Shown here one piece after another: positions 49,182 to 58,880 of a stretch of DNA of 64,000 nt. The notes beneath the pieces were generated by a model. The model had not been told where the DNA came from, searched no databases, and saw only the letters and a program-made list of their open reading frames with translations. A program made the translations under genes and the position numbers. Source of the stretch: Pseudomonadota bacterium (GTDB taxonomy: Bacteria > Bdellovibrionota_C > UBA2361 > OMII01); NCBI GenBank assembly GCA_041178185.1, contig JBEGVS010000065.1:20615-84614 (forward strand), in the 5' to 3' direction. Position 1 is the first letter of the stretch; each line of letters starts with the position of its first letter.

Positions 49182-50088
49182 TGCACACGAACCAACGCTA
49201 GGTTTAGGAACCGTTCAGTTCGGGGTTCCGTATGGCGTCTCTAACTCGGTCGGCCAAACGGAGCCTGACGAGGTGCGTGAAATCCTCAAAGTAGCCTGGC
49301 GTGCGGGAGTACGATGTCTCGATACGGCACACGCCTACGGCACTAGCGAGACGGTACTTGGCACTACACTCACTGCTGACACGCCGTTCAACATCGTAAC
49401 GAAGCTTCCACCCTTACCACCATCGCTCACTACTTCCAGCGAGATACTTGCCTGGGTGCGGCACACCGTAGCGCAGTCCCTCATAAGACTCGGCCGGTCT
49501 TCGCTCTATGCAGTGCTTGTGCACCATGCTCCTGACGCGGTGGGGCCACACGGCTCAGCGATACTCGACGGATTACGTTCATGCAAAGAATCTGGCGAAG
49601 TGACCAAGATCGGCGTCTCAACCTATGAGCGGGAGCACCTAGAGGGAGCACTGCAAACAGGTGCGCTGGACCTTGTTCAGATTCCCATTAATATCCTTGA
49701 TCAACGTCTTCTTGAGGGGGATATCCTATCACGCCTGCGAGGCAAAGGGGTTGAGATTCACGCCCGTTCGATCTTTCTACAGGGGCTTTTGCTGATGTCT
49801 TTACCGGGGCTGCCAGCTTACTTTACGCCGTTCCTGTCACACCTTGAGCACTTTCATAATGTGTGTCGTAACCATGGGGTCTCGCCCATGGAGATGGCGT
49901 TGGCCTTTATAAAAACAATCCCGGTCGATGTGGCGATTGTCGGAGTAAATACACACGAACATCTGACAGAGATCACCACCGCCTACGGCACCAACTGTCA
50001 TTCCCTCTCAAAATTGGACTTTGGTCAGTTTGCCGCACATGAGGAGGCCTTAGTAAATCCGACGCTATGGCGGTTCCCCTCTCGATGA
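49165..50088 (+). CDS. Aldo/keto reductase
   Basis: LGLGTVQFG... and LDTAHAYG motifs. It overlaps the pseB 3' end by 17 nt. Confidence 0.7.
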   Translation: MSCLHNAHEPTLGLGTVQFGVPYGVSNSVGQTEPDEVREILKVAWRAGVRCLDTAHAYGTSETVLGTTLTADTPFNIVTKLPPLPPSLTTSSEILAWVRHTVAQSLIRLGRSSLYAVLVHHAPDAVGPHGSAILDGLRSCKESGEVTKIGVSTYEREHLEGALQTGALDLVQIPINILDQRLLEGDILSRLRGKGVEIHARSIFLQGLLLMSLPGLPAYFTPFLSHLEHFHNVCRNHGVSPMEMALAFIKTIPVDVAIVGVNTHEHLTEITTAYGTNCHSLSKLDFGQFAAHEEALVNPTLWRFPSR

Positions 50089-50097
50089 AGCGGTGCT

Positions 50098-51507
50098 TTA
50101 TCTTACTTTGAATATCACCTCTATCGGGCTTCCTTCGAGACGACTCTCGACATCGCCTTTGGCCAAGGCCTCGGCCAAGAGCGGTATAACTTCCCTATAG
50201 GTCTGGACGATGTGCTCAACGTCAACATCTGAGAGAGTGGCGTTAAGGTTATGGGTACCAAGGGTAAGGATTCCTCGCTTGATAAACTCCTGCTGAAAGA
50301 GGCTCTTCAGGGCGATCGACTCGCCCCCATTGTTGTCGTAGAACTTTGTGATAGACCACTGCGGCGTCCCCATATTGACGATGTTCGAGGTGACCCCAGC
50401 TTCTTCAGCGAAGGTCTTGATCGCTCGTTGAATCATGATGCCTCTGCGTCCCATCTCGGCGATAATCGGCTCATCCTCCAAGCGTCGAATAACCTCAAGC
50501 GACGCAGCCATCGCGGACACCTCACCAGCAAAGGTGAAGGACACAAAGATATCCTCAAACATCCGCATGATCTCGGCCTTACCTACCACTGTTGAGATCG
50601 GGAAACCATTTCCCATCGCTTTACCGAAGCACGCCAGGTCCGGCGAAACACCAAAGAGCTTCTGAGCTCCACCCAGCCCCAAGTGAAAACCGGTGCAGAT
50701 CTCGTCAAATATCAACACGGCACCGTTTTTATGAGCTAGCTCTCGCACCCCCTCAAGAAATCCAGGTGCCGGAGCGGTAAAATTTGTCGGCTCCATTATT
50801 ACACAGGCTACCTGCCCTGAATGTGCCGAAAAGATAGATTCGAGGGAAGCGAGGTCATTGTAGACAAAGGATTTAGTCAACTCCCGAACAGCTTGAGGAA
50901 CACCGCGATGGCGCGCCGTCGAACCAATGAACCAATCCTGCCAACCGTGGTAACCGCAACACGCCACGATATCACGACCGGTATAAGCACGTGCGCACCT
51001 CACAGCCGCAGCCGTCGCGTCAGAGCCGTTACGACCAAAACGCACCATCTCTGCGCACGGAATAATCTCAACGAGTTTTTCAGCAAGCTCAACTTCGAGC
51101 GGGTGCGGCATTGAAAAGGAATGTCCCCGCGCTACCTGTTCAGAGACGGCGCGCGTCACCCCTTCGTCTGCATATCCCAGAATATTCGGAAGAAGTCCCT
51201 GAACGAGGTCGAGATACTGATTGCCGTCGACATCCCACACGTGGCTACCTTTGCCACATTCGAGAAAGATAGGAGCCACACCTTGTACGTACTGCGTGTA
51301 CCCTTTACTAAATGTCTGGGCACACCCTGGAATAACCCTCTTGGCGCGTTCAAATAACTGGTTGCTGCGGGTAAGTTCACGCCTCTGCGCAGCTCGCTTA
51401 ACTTCGACCACAGCTTCAACGTCCCCTATTCCGCTCTTCTCGGACCGAGCAGCAGCAACTGCCACGCAGGATGCGGGGCCGGAATTATTGGGAATAGTCG
51501 CGCTCAT
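50098..51507 (-). CDS. Class-III (ornithine/GSA-aminomutase-like) PLP aminotransferase with an N-terminal extension
   Basis: GSDATAAAVRCAR, PLP Lys region DLACFGKAMGNGFP. Confidence 0.7.
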   Translation of the reverse strand: MSATIPNNSGPASCVAVAAARSEKSGIGDVEAVVEVKRAAQRRELTRSNQLFERAKRVIPGCAQTFSKGYTQYVQGVAPIFLECGKGSHVWDVDGNQYLDLVQGLLPNILGYADEGVTRAVSEQVARGHSFSMPHPLEVELAEKLVEIIPCAEMVRFGRNGSDATAAAVRCARAYTGRDIVACCGYHGWQDWFIGSTARHRGVPQAVRELTKSFVYNDLASLESIFSAHSGQVACVIMEPTNFTAPAPGFLEGVRELAHKNGAVLIFDEICTGFHLGLGGAQKLFGVSPDLACFGKAMGNGFPISTVVGKAEIMRMFEDIFVSFTFAGEVSAMAASLEVIRRLEDEPIIAEMGRRGIMIQRAIKTFAEEAGVTSNIVNMGTPQWSITKFYDNNGGESIALKSLFQQEFIKRGILTLGTHNLNATLSDVDVEHIVQTYREVIPLLAEALAKGDVESRLEGSPIEVIFKVR

Positions 51508-51893
51508 AGCACCATATCCTCGCGAAAGGGAACCTACACGTACACTTCCAGTAGGTATTAAGACTACCTAGAGCCCTACAGGGATTCACTGAAGGTGCCT
51601 GAGCTACTCAAGGGGGTGATACCAAACACCTTTACAGCCGTGGATTGGCATGGAGGGAGCCCTGCCGTATGGAGGGTGAGCTGAGAGAAGAGCTTGTTTC
51701 ACTCACCACCCTGCGCTCCGCAGAGTTCAAAACCAAGCTCCTATCTTTGCTCTGTTCCGGTCCCGATCTCCAAAGCCTCTCATGGTTTCTGGGATCGCTT
51801 AGACCAACATAGCTGCCCGAACGTGGGAACAGGTGTTACCGGATCCTTCCTCCAGATGCACCGAGGCGCCCATGGTTGGGTGTACTCCTCCGT

Positions 51894-52043
51894 CTAAAGA
51901 AAAAACATTCCCACAGCCGCCACAAACATTACGACGGTTGTCAGCCCTACTACGGCAACCGAGAACGGAGAGCTGGTCTGCCCTTTCAAAATCTCGTTGT
52001 CCGTGCCGATGGCGACAATTCCGACGAGAGGAAAGGCGAGCGG
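51894..52043 (-). pseudogene. 3'-terminal fragment (~50 codons) of an NRAMP/mntH paralogue. It is the left copy of an imperfect direct repeat.
   Basis: Positions 51901-51984 match 57297-57380 at 83 of 84 nt. The match then continues at about 70% identity to roughly 52043. The fragment encodes ...AIGTDNEILKGQTSSPFSVAVVGLTTVVMFVAAVGMFFL*. Confidence 0.7.
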
Positions 52044-52129
52044 AGGATCTGCGGCACGCCCTACAGGGGGCGGACAATGCTCCGCTCGGCCAGGGTGCTA
52101 GAGTGCCAAGCCATGCTTTACTCACATGA
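52043..52129 (+). pseudogene. 3'-terminal fragment (~29 codons) of a pseB-like gene, a diverged duplicate of 49093-49181
   Basis: It encodes AEDLRHALQGADNAPLGQGARVPSHALLT*. The pseB C-terminus reads AEDLRHALKGKETERLGQDARIPSDVVLT*. Nucleotide identity is about 70%. Confidence 0.6.
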
Positions 52130-52777
52130 TGCACATAGACAGGCCGCGGTCTTTTATCCCCAGTGAGGGATTCTCTAAGGTGGCTCGACCCTAACTAAGC
52201 GGTCAAACAAGGCCTAACGAGGCACTTGGGTTATGAAAGTCGCGTAGGATGGAGGGACACATGTCGACGCGGCGCATCACTCCGGCGAAAGAGAGGAGCA
52301 AATTACACCAACCCCTCCCTCTGGCATGTCGCTTCAGATCCTCAAACACCCGTCTCCCGTATCGTGGCCTACCACCACCTGTGCGAGCATCTCAAGGGAA
52401 CAAAAGGCGGTCCTGAAAAAGCTCAGGACACATCGCCATTCCTCCCCTTACGGTGCACATCCCGAAATACTATAGCCGCAACCCGTACCATTATTGTCAT
52501 CTCGTTCCAGTGCACATAAACAGCAGTGATGCTCTGTTCCAGGGAGATATAGATAAACTATCGAATCCTTTGAGGTCCCGGCTTGATTTTACATCAAAGG
52601 GGGCTGCGCTTTTACCTGACGTCCCGGAAATAATAGTGGAGGTTACCCTTCCGATCTAACTGCTGTACACCAAGCTTGTCTTTGCTATCGGGGGCGTAAA
52701 TTCGACTGGATCCTCCTCTAGAAAGGGGCCATACTCCCGATCTAACATCGCCAATTTTCAGTCCCATTTGATACAGC

Positions 52778-53392
52778 ATGAAGTGCCCTAATCCGATAGA
52801 TGGATGGTTCTTGGAAGAGGAGGGAGCCTGGTACCAAGAAATGGTAGCCAGCCGCTCAGAGGGATTAGTTGTCGAGATTGGCACGTGGAAAGGTCGTTCA
52901 ACGTCTTTTCTTGCCCCGGTGCTTGCCGGGCAGCCCATGAGGCTTGTCTGCGTTGACCATTATTCGGGTAGTTCCGACCAGTGGGATCTTGAATACCGAC
53001 GCGCCTTAGAGGAAGAGGCCTTTCGCGGTCATCCCGTCAAGTCACAGTTCGAGAAAAATATGGACTCTCTTGGGATTAAGTATCGGTTACTCGATTGCTC
53101 AAGCAAGTTGGCTGTGACCAAGATACCGGACGGCTCAGCAGACGTAATTTTTATCGACGCTTCCCACGATAGGCAGAGCGTTCTAGACGACCTCCGGCGA
53201 TGGTTACCCAAAGTTCGGCACAGCGGAGTTCTTGTGGGACACGACTATGGAATTGAGCATCCTTCGGTTATGTCAGCTGTGCATCAATTTAGCTTGGAGG
53301 TCGGCCGGCCTATACTTCGAGGGCCAGGAACTATCTATTTCTTCGAAAAAGATCTGGCCAAGTACGTATTTGATTATGAGGTAAAGAAATGA
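52778..53392 (+). CDS. Class I SAM-dependent methyltransferase (Methyltransf_24 / CmcI-like O-methyltransferase fold)
   Basis: Motif I VVEIGTWKGRSTSFLA, and FIDASHD. Local GC is lower than the flanks. Confidence 0.6.
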   Translation: MKCPNPIDGWFLEEEGAWYQEMVASRSEGLVVEIGTWKGRSTSFLAPVLAGQPMRLVCVDHYSGSSDQWDLEYRRALEEEAFRGHPVKSQFEKNMDSLGIKYRLLDCSSKLAVTKIPDGSADVIFIDASHDRQSVLDDLRRWLPKVRHSGVLVGHDYGIEHPSVMSAVHQFSLEVGRPILRGPGTIYFFEKDLAKYVFDYEVKK

Positions 53393-53895
53393 GCTTGCCC
53401 ATAACTTTGTACTACACAACCTCTCTCGACGGATTTATCGCGGACGCCGAAAACAACACGCCTTGGTCAAAAACCTCTTGGGAGGCGTACCTTTCATTCT
53501 GTGCTCAAGTAAAGAACATAATCATGGGAAGACAGACCTATGAACTATTCATATCGGATCAGACTACGGGTAGCGTGTCCTTTGAAAACCTCCTCGTAGT
53601 CTCGAGCACGTTGCGATGTCCGCTTCATGGGTTTATTCCTGCCGATTCTCCCGCTGACGCCGTATCGAAACTTGTCAATCGGGGAGCAAGTCAGGCCGTC
53701 ATTATGGGAGGCTCCCATGTTGCGACATCCTTTCTTGAAGCAGGTTTGATTTCCGAGATTAGAATCGACGTAGAGCCCATTATTCTTGGTGCCGGCACCA
53801 GGATGTTTCTTCCGGGAACCTCCGCAACCCATTTAAAGCTGCTCTCCTCCGAGTCTGACTCTCACGGAAGAACGACGCTTCGATATAAGGTCTAA
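53389..53895 (+). CDS. RibD C-terminal-domain / dihydrofolate-reductase-like reductase
   Basis: ITLYYTTSLDGFIAD N-terminus, typical of the bacterial bifunctional deaminase-reductase C-terminal domain family. An ATGA overlap couples it to the upstream methyltransferase gene. Confidence 0.55.
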   Translation: MSLPITLYYTTSLDGFIADAENNTPWSKTSWEAYLSFCAQVKNIIMGRQTYELFISDQTTGSVSFENLLVVSSTLRCPLHGFIPADSPADAVSKLVNRGASQAVIMGGSHVATSFLEAGLISEIRIDVEPIILGAGTRMFLPGTSATHLKLLSSESDSHGRTTLRYKV

Positions 53896-53909
53896 AATCG
53901 ACATTCACA

Positions 53910-54605
53910 TCACAGCCCCTCTACCACTACGGTGTTTATCTGGACGGAGGAGCCCATCGCCATAATTGATTTGATCACACTTGCGATATCTTCAGGAGCC
54001 AGCAGCTTCACGGGATTTTGCTCTCCCCAGGTGTTGACTCCGGAAGGTTCGATGCATGTCACCCGTATTCCTAAGGGGTTCAGCTCCTTGCGCAATGCTT
54101 CACTAAACGTTGACAAGGCGGACTTCGATGCCGCATACGCCGCTAATGATGAGTCTTTAGCGATAGCTTGAATCGAGGATATGTTTATTATCAGAGAGGC
54201 GGACCCGTCTTTGAGTTGGTCGAGAAGATATCTCGTCAAAAGCATGGGAGCTTTTGCATTGATATCAAACATCCTAGAGATAGCTTCTGGGTCTGCCTCA
54301 GCGAACGGTCCCTCAGCGTACACCCCACAGTTATTCACTAGCGCATCGATGTGGCTGTACTGCCCTCGTAGCTCCTCTGCCAGCCTCCGGAGGTCTGTGC
54401 TGGAACTAAAATCAGCCCAATAAAACGCCGCTCGGTCGGTAAAATCACCTCGCACACCGTCGAATGACTTCTCGGAGCTAGCAATTAAAACGAGCCGATC
54501 AAAGCTAGGCTCTAAAGCTTTTGCGATAGCAAGCCCAATACCTCTCGACGCGCCTGTAATCGCCGCGATCCTCTCCCTGTTGGCGGAATCAATTCCTGTG
54601 TCCAT
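53910..54605 (-). CDS. Short-chain dehydrogenase/reductase
   Basis: ITGASRGIGLAIA, NNCG, and the catalytic YAASK motif. Confidence 0.75.
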   Translation of the reverse strand: MDTGIDSANRERIAAITGASRGIGLAIAKALEPSFDRLVLIASSEKSFDGVRGDFTDRAAFYWADFSSSTDLRRLAEELRGQYSHIDALVNNCGVYAEGPFAEADPEAISRMFDINAKAPMLLTRYLLDQLKDGSASLIINISSIQAIAKDSSLAAYAASKSALSTFSEALRKELNPLGIRVTCIEPSGVNTWGEQNPVKLLAPEDIASVIKSIMAMGSSVQINTVVVEGL

Positions 54606-54629
54606 AACTCCTCCCTACTTTTATAGTCT

Positions 54630-55613
54630 CTAAGAAATATCGTCCGGAACACTCAGGTCAGTTGGAAACCGACTTGGGCTATATTCCCACTTGTAATCGA
54701 ACCAAGGATTAATCGCATTTCCGAGGCGATTAAACTGCAAGACGGAGAACTCTACGCGCAAGAATGTTCGATAACAGTGTTGATTGGATGGCATCGCGGA
54801 GTGCACGCTGTATGCGTTCATGAGATTTATTTCATAGGGGTTCGTGGTAGATGACAACTGCTCGTCCGCAAGTAGGCGCATTACGGCAAAGAAATTAGTT
54901 TTTCTGAGGTCATACCGATCGAGCTGAAACGGGTGTTCAAAAAATCTTGTTCCCAGATTGTCCGTCACCAAATAGCTGTGGTCGATCCTTTGAAGATACG
55001 GGTTGTCCCTATCTCTGGGTATCCCATCCACATGAGCTCCCGGCAGTCGTTGGCTTGCACCGCTGGGTACAAACCTTTGGTCCACTGTAAGGTAGGCGTA
55101 ATAGTCTGAAAAACTATTATTAACGGAGGCTTCGAACGAAAATATCTGATCGAGCGCTTCGCGAAATTGCATATACTCTCGCGGAACGCGAATTTCAGAC
55201 ATCGGGAATTTTATTGGAAGATGTAGGGCGCGCACGGTAGCCGGGCGACTATATTCCTCTGCATTTTGAACCCGTCCAATAACAAAGGGTTTTCTGGGTA
55301 TTTGAAATTTTTTCGGATCCCATAACGTATCGATATCCTGAACGGTATTCGGCAACGAGGTTTTATCGAGTGTTGTGCTTGGACTTGCTTGGATCGTGAA
55401 AAAGCCCTGTTCATATTTAGCCGCAGAATACTGATTCTCCGAGTACTCGGCCACTTTCTTAGCAACGAATTTAATGTCCGATGGTCCCCACTGAGCCTCG
55501 GGAATTCGGCACAGCCGGCTAAGTCGGATCTCGTCATCCGGGGAAGTGACAAGCAAAGCATTTAAATCGACCTGCGGATAAGTCCCCACCTTATCGCCTA
55601 TTTCCGTTCTCAT
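54630..55613 (-). CDS. Hypothetical 327-aa protein (HVDG...H pattern; possibly a cupin/dioxygenase-like fold, unconfirmed)
   Basis: Uninterrupted ORF in an operon with the SDR gene. No confident motif. Confidence 0.4.
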   Translation of the reverse strand: MRTEIGDKVGTYPQVDLNALLVTSPDDEIRLSRLCRIPEAQWGPSDIKFVAKKVAEYSENQYSAAKYEQGFFTIQASPSTTLDKTSLPNTVQDIDTLWDPKKFQIPRKPFVIGRVQNAEEYSRPATVRALHLPIKFPMSEIRVPREYMQFREALDQIFSFEASVNNSFSDYYAYLTVDQRFVPSGASQRLPGAHVDGIPRDRDNPYLQRIDHSYLVTDNLGTRFFEHPFQLDRYDLRKTNFFAVMRLLADEQLSSTTNPYEINLMNAYSVHSAMPSNQHCYRTFLRVEFSVLQFNRLGNAINPWFDYKWEYSPSRFPTDLSVPDDIS

Positions 55614-55643
55614 GCTTGGTGCTCCATTAACCCCTAATATACG

Positions 55644-56717
55644 TCACAAATTAGACGCGCTCTTACGCGCGGAGTCATCATTACCGTCCTCGAAGCGGGA
55701 CAGCACTCGGCATGAGGTGCTTGCCAGATATTCATCGAATGATTGAAAGGGATACTGATTCCAACGAATCAATCGGTACATGGGCACTGATGAGATTAGT
55801 TCGAATTGGCCCGGGAATCGATTCGCTATTTCGTCCCTAAGTTGTCGCATGTCGTTCGGAGTTCGAGCTATAGCGGACAGCTCAAAATCCCAACTACCGA
55901 CCGATTCAGTCAGCGTAGTGATATTCTGGCTCGTTAGAGCAAACTCGTGCAGGGCGGCTCTTAGCGATTTATTCGACACCTTGGCATAGAGAAGCATGAG
56001 AATGGAGCTGAAACCAAGGAGCGAGTGATTGACCAAAAAGATAGTGGCCTTAAGTATTCCCTCGCGTCGTAGCTTCTCGACTCGATACTGCGCTGTTGTG
56101 GTTGGCATTTTGAGTCTTTCGGCTAACTCCCTATAGGAGCATGGCCTCTCGGCAATTTCCCGCAGCACCAAATGATCAGTCTCGTCAAAGTTCAACTTAG
56201 TAAACCTTGGCGACGTTCCGACAAATTCCGGTGAAAATTGGCCTTTATCCGAAAAGCCATAGGAATAATCACGATAGGACACATGTTGTGCGAATACCTT
56301 TTTCGAGAAGACCTCTCCAAATCGTTCACCTACCTGGTCGAGAAGCTGCATCAAGCTGTGTACGTCTCCGACGCACACGTTAAGAATATACTCATAATCG
56401 CCTCCAACTTCTGAGAACCAAACAACTCCTGGTAGTTTGGCTAAAGCCTCTACGATTTGAGAGCGTTGGGCAGTTTCCTGCGAGCGAAGGGAAAATAGTA
56501 GGACGTAGGAGCTGAGGCCCAAGCGGAATACATCAAGATAATTGCGGGGCTCAATAATCCTTTCATCAAGCATCCTCTGAATGGCATAACGGACGCTGGC
56601 TTGAGAGAGGCCGGTTTGTCGAGCAATCGCCTCAATAGGTCGAACTGCTGACAAAGCACATGCCGATAAAACGAGCTTTTCATTGTCTGACAGTCGTTTT
56701 ACAACATCGGACTGCAT
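55644..56717 (-). CDS. Tandem Lrp/AsnC-family transcriptional regulator (two HTH + RAM modules)
   Basis: Two repeated HTH-plus-RAM-like halves: LSQASVRYAIQRMLDERII... and SYRELAERLKMPTTTAQYRVEKLRREGIL... Confidence 0.6.
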   Translation of the reverse strand: MQSDVVKRLSDNEKLVLSACALSAVRPIEAIARQTGLSQASVRYAIQRMLDERIIEPRNYLDVFRLGLSSYVLLFSLRSQETAQRSQIVEALAKLPGVVWFSEVGGDYEYILNVCVGDVHSLMQLLDQVGERFGEVFSKKVFAQHVSYRDYSYGFSDKGQFSPEFVGTSPRFTKLNFDETDHLVLREIAERPCSYRELAERLKMPTTTAQYRVEKLRREGILKATIFLVNHSLLGFSSILMLLYAKVSNKSLRAALHEFALTSQNITTLTESVGSWDFELSAIARTPNDMRQLRDEIANRFPGQFELISSVPMYRLIRWNQYPFQSFDEYLASTSCRVLSRFEDGNDDSARKSASNL

Positions 56718-57286
56718 AGCTGGTTCCTGCGAGCTGTAGGCGTGTAACAGGTATCACAGAAAAAACTTGAGTGGAACCGAAATATGATTTCCCCACGAAT
56801 TTCATCCGGCGACATTCGAGCGGGGTGATGAATTGAGTTTTCAGGCAGGTGCTTGAATCCAACTCAGGAAGATACCAATTATACAAATGCCGTTGATTGC
56901 TGGGCCCCTTCCCTCTTTCCCGGACTACTTATTCATAATCACGTAGGCCCTCGCGCTTACCTTTCCTCAACAAACGATATTCATTCACGAAAGTAGGCGA
57001 CCTAGAAAAACAGGGGTCCATCTCTATGAGCAAAATCAACTATAACACACACCCCTCTAAGTACTACCCACGATCCGATTTGGATCTCATCAATACGTTT
57101 GTGACCGATGCCTTATCCAAGGGCACAACACACCGATACTAAAGTCGAGGGAAGCTGCAAGTCAGGCTGCATCGTTTTTCCCACAGGAGCCTTTGATCGT
57201 CATACTAGCAACTGCCTAGTTACCTCATCCACTTTGTGTCTCTTATAAGACGGCTTCAGTACGTATTACGACAAGCTAGCGTCTCA

Positions 57287-58561
57287 TCAATGATGCAAAA
57301 ACATTCCCACAGCCGCCACAAACATTACGACGGTTGTCAGCCCTACTACGGCAACCGAGAACGGGGAGCTGGTCTGCCCACCCATGATCTCTTTGTCCGT
57401 AGCTATGGCGATAATTCCCAAGAGAAGAAAGGGCGAGAGAATGCCATTCATCACGGCCGTCCAGAAGAGCGCCTGCATGGGGTTCACATCCAGAATAGTC
57501 AGGAGTACCCCCACCGTGATGGACAGTGCTATGATCGAATAGAAGTTACGAGCTTGTCGAAAGGTTTTATCGAGCCCCTCCCTCCAGTCGAAGGTCTCAG
57601 CGATTGCGTAGGCCGCTGATCCTGCAAGCGTCGGTATGGCGAGAAATCCAACTCCCAGAATACCGAGAGCGTACAAGGTAGAGGCGAGATCTCCCGCGAG
57701 GGGTCGCAGCGCAAGCGCAGCATCCTTAGACGACTCAATGTGAGTAATCCCAGCGCGATGAAGGGTCATGGCGGTCGTGAGGATAATGAAATACATGACG
57801 AGGTTCGAGAAGAATGTTCCCAAACCAACATCGATGGCTCGATCCATTACCAATCCGGCGGGGACTTGGCTTCCTTGCGTAGCTTCAGCACGACCTGCGA
57901 TCTTGGCATCCTCTACCTCTTCCCCCGCTTGCCAAAAGAAGAGGTAGGGACTGATCGTCGTACCGAGGAGGGCAACCAAAGTAGCCCAGGCATCCGATCC
58001 CTCAGGGATAGACGGGACGATCGTAGCAAACAGAACCTCCGACCAATCGATGTGTATAAGAAATGCCGTAACAACGTAGACCAATAAGATCCCCGCGAGC
58101 CACTTGAGGACGTTCTCTATCTGAGTAAACCGAAGGACTATGGTCGCCCACATGATTCCAAAACCCATCGGAGCCACGAAGACCCCCGCGGGGATGCCTG
58201 TAAGCACCTCAAGGGCATCTGCCATACCAGCTAGATCCGAGCCGATGTTTATGGTGTTCGCAGTCAGGAGCATAAGACTCGCGACGAGCACGATACGAGG
58301 GGAAAACTTTTTTCTAAGCGCTTGCGCCAACCCCATTCTCGTCACCATTCCGATGCGCGCACACATCATCTGCACGAACGCCATGAGGGGCCAGGTCAGG
58401 AAGGCGGTCCACAAGAGATGTGTACCAAGCTGTGCGCCAGCAATAGAGTAGGTCGCAATTCCCGATGGATCATCATCTGCGGCACCGGTAACGACGCCCG
58501 GCCCCACTGCCTTGAAAAGGCGCTTACCTATCGTAGCGGGAAGACATGGAGTACGGTCCAT
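57287..58561 (-). CDS. mntH: NRAMP-family divalent metal (Mn2+/Fe2+) transporter
   Basis: GPGVVTGAADDDPSGIATYS NRAMP motif, about 11 transmembrane helices. The start is placed at MDRTP (58561); the ORF track extends to 58648. Confidence 0.8.
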   Translation of the reverse strand: MDRTPCLPATIGKRLFKAVGPGVVTGAADDDPSGIATYSIAGAQLGTHLLWTAFLTWPLMAFVQMMCARIGMVTRMGLAQALRKKFSPRIVLVASLMLLTANTINIGSDLAGMADALEVLTGIPAGVFVAPMGFGIMWATIVLRFTQIENVLKWLAGILLVYVVTAFLIHIDWSEVLFATIVPSIPEGSDAWATLVALLGTTISPYLFFWQAGEEVEDAKIAGRAEATQGSQVPAGLVMDRAIDVGLGTFFSNLVMYFIILTTAMTLHRAGITHIESSKDAALALRPLAGDLASTLYALGILGVGFLAIPTLAGSAAYAIAETFDWREGLDKTFRQARNFYSIIALSITVGVLLTILDVNPMQALFWTAVMNGILSPFLLLGIIAIATDKEIMGGQTSSPFSVAVVGLTTVVMFVAAVGMFLHH

Positions 58562-58781
58562 GATAGAAATGAAACGGCATAGACCGAACGACGATACACG
58601 CTCACAGAGGGGACGGGTATAAGCACCACATTGTCCCAGATTTGGCACACATTATTTTTAACGCCTCGCTCCTGATTTTTTCCCGGTGGGGAACGGCACC
58701 CGCAGGGACTCAAAACAGGAGAGCGCTCATGCGTAGGTCGTCGGGAACTTCGGGATCTTTAAGCCTGTGAAAAGGCGCTAC

Positions 58782-58793
58782 ATTTCATGAAAT
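58782..58793. promoter_or_regulatory. Perfect 12-bp palindrome ATTTCATGAAAT in the mntH upstream region; candidate operator
   Basis: Read directly. It lies about 220 nt upstream of the preferred mntH start. Confidence 0.25.
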
Positions 58794-58880
58794 TCGTGCC
58801 GCTAAGTTACGTTCCATCCCCCCGGCGCATAACCCTAGCTAGGAAATATTCGGGGAGGAGGACTTTCGTCCATATCTTGC

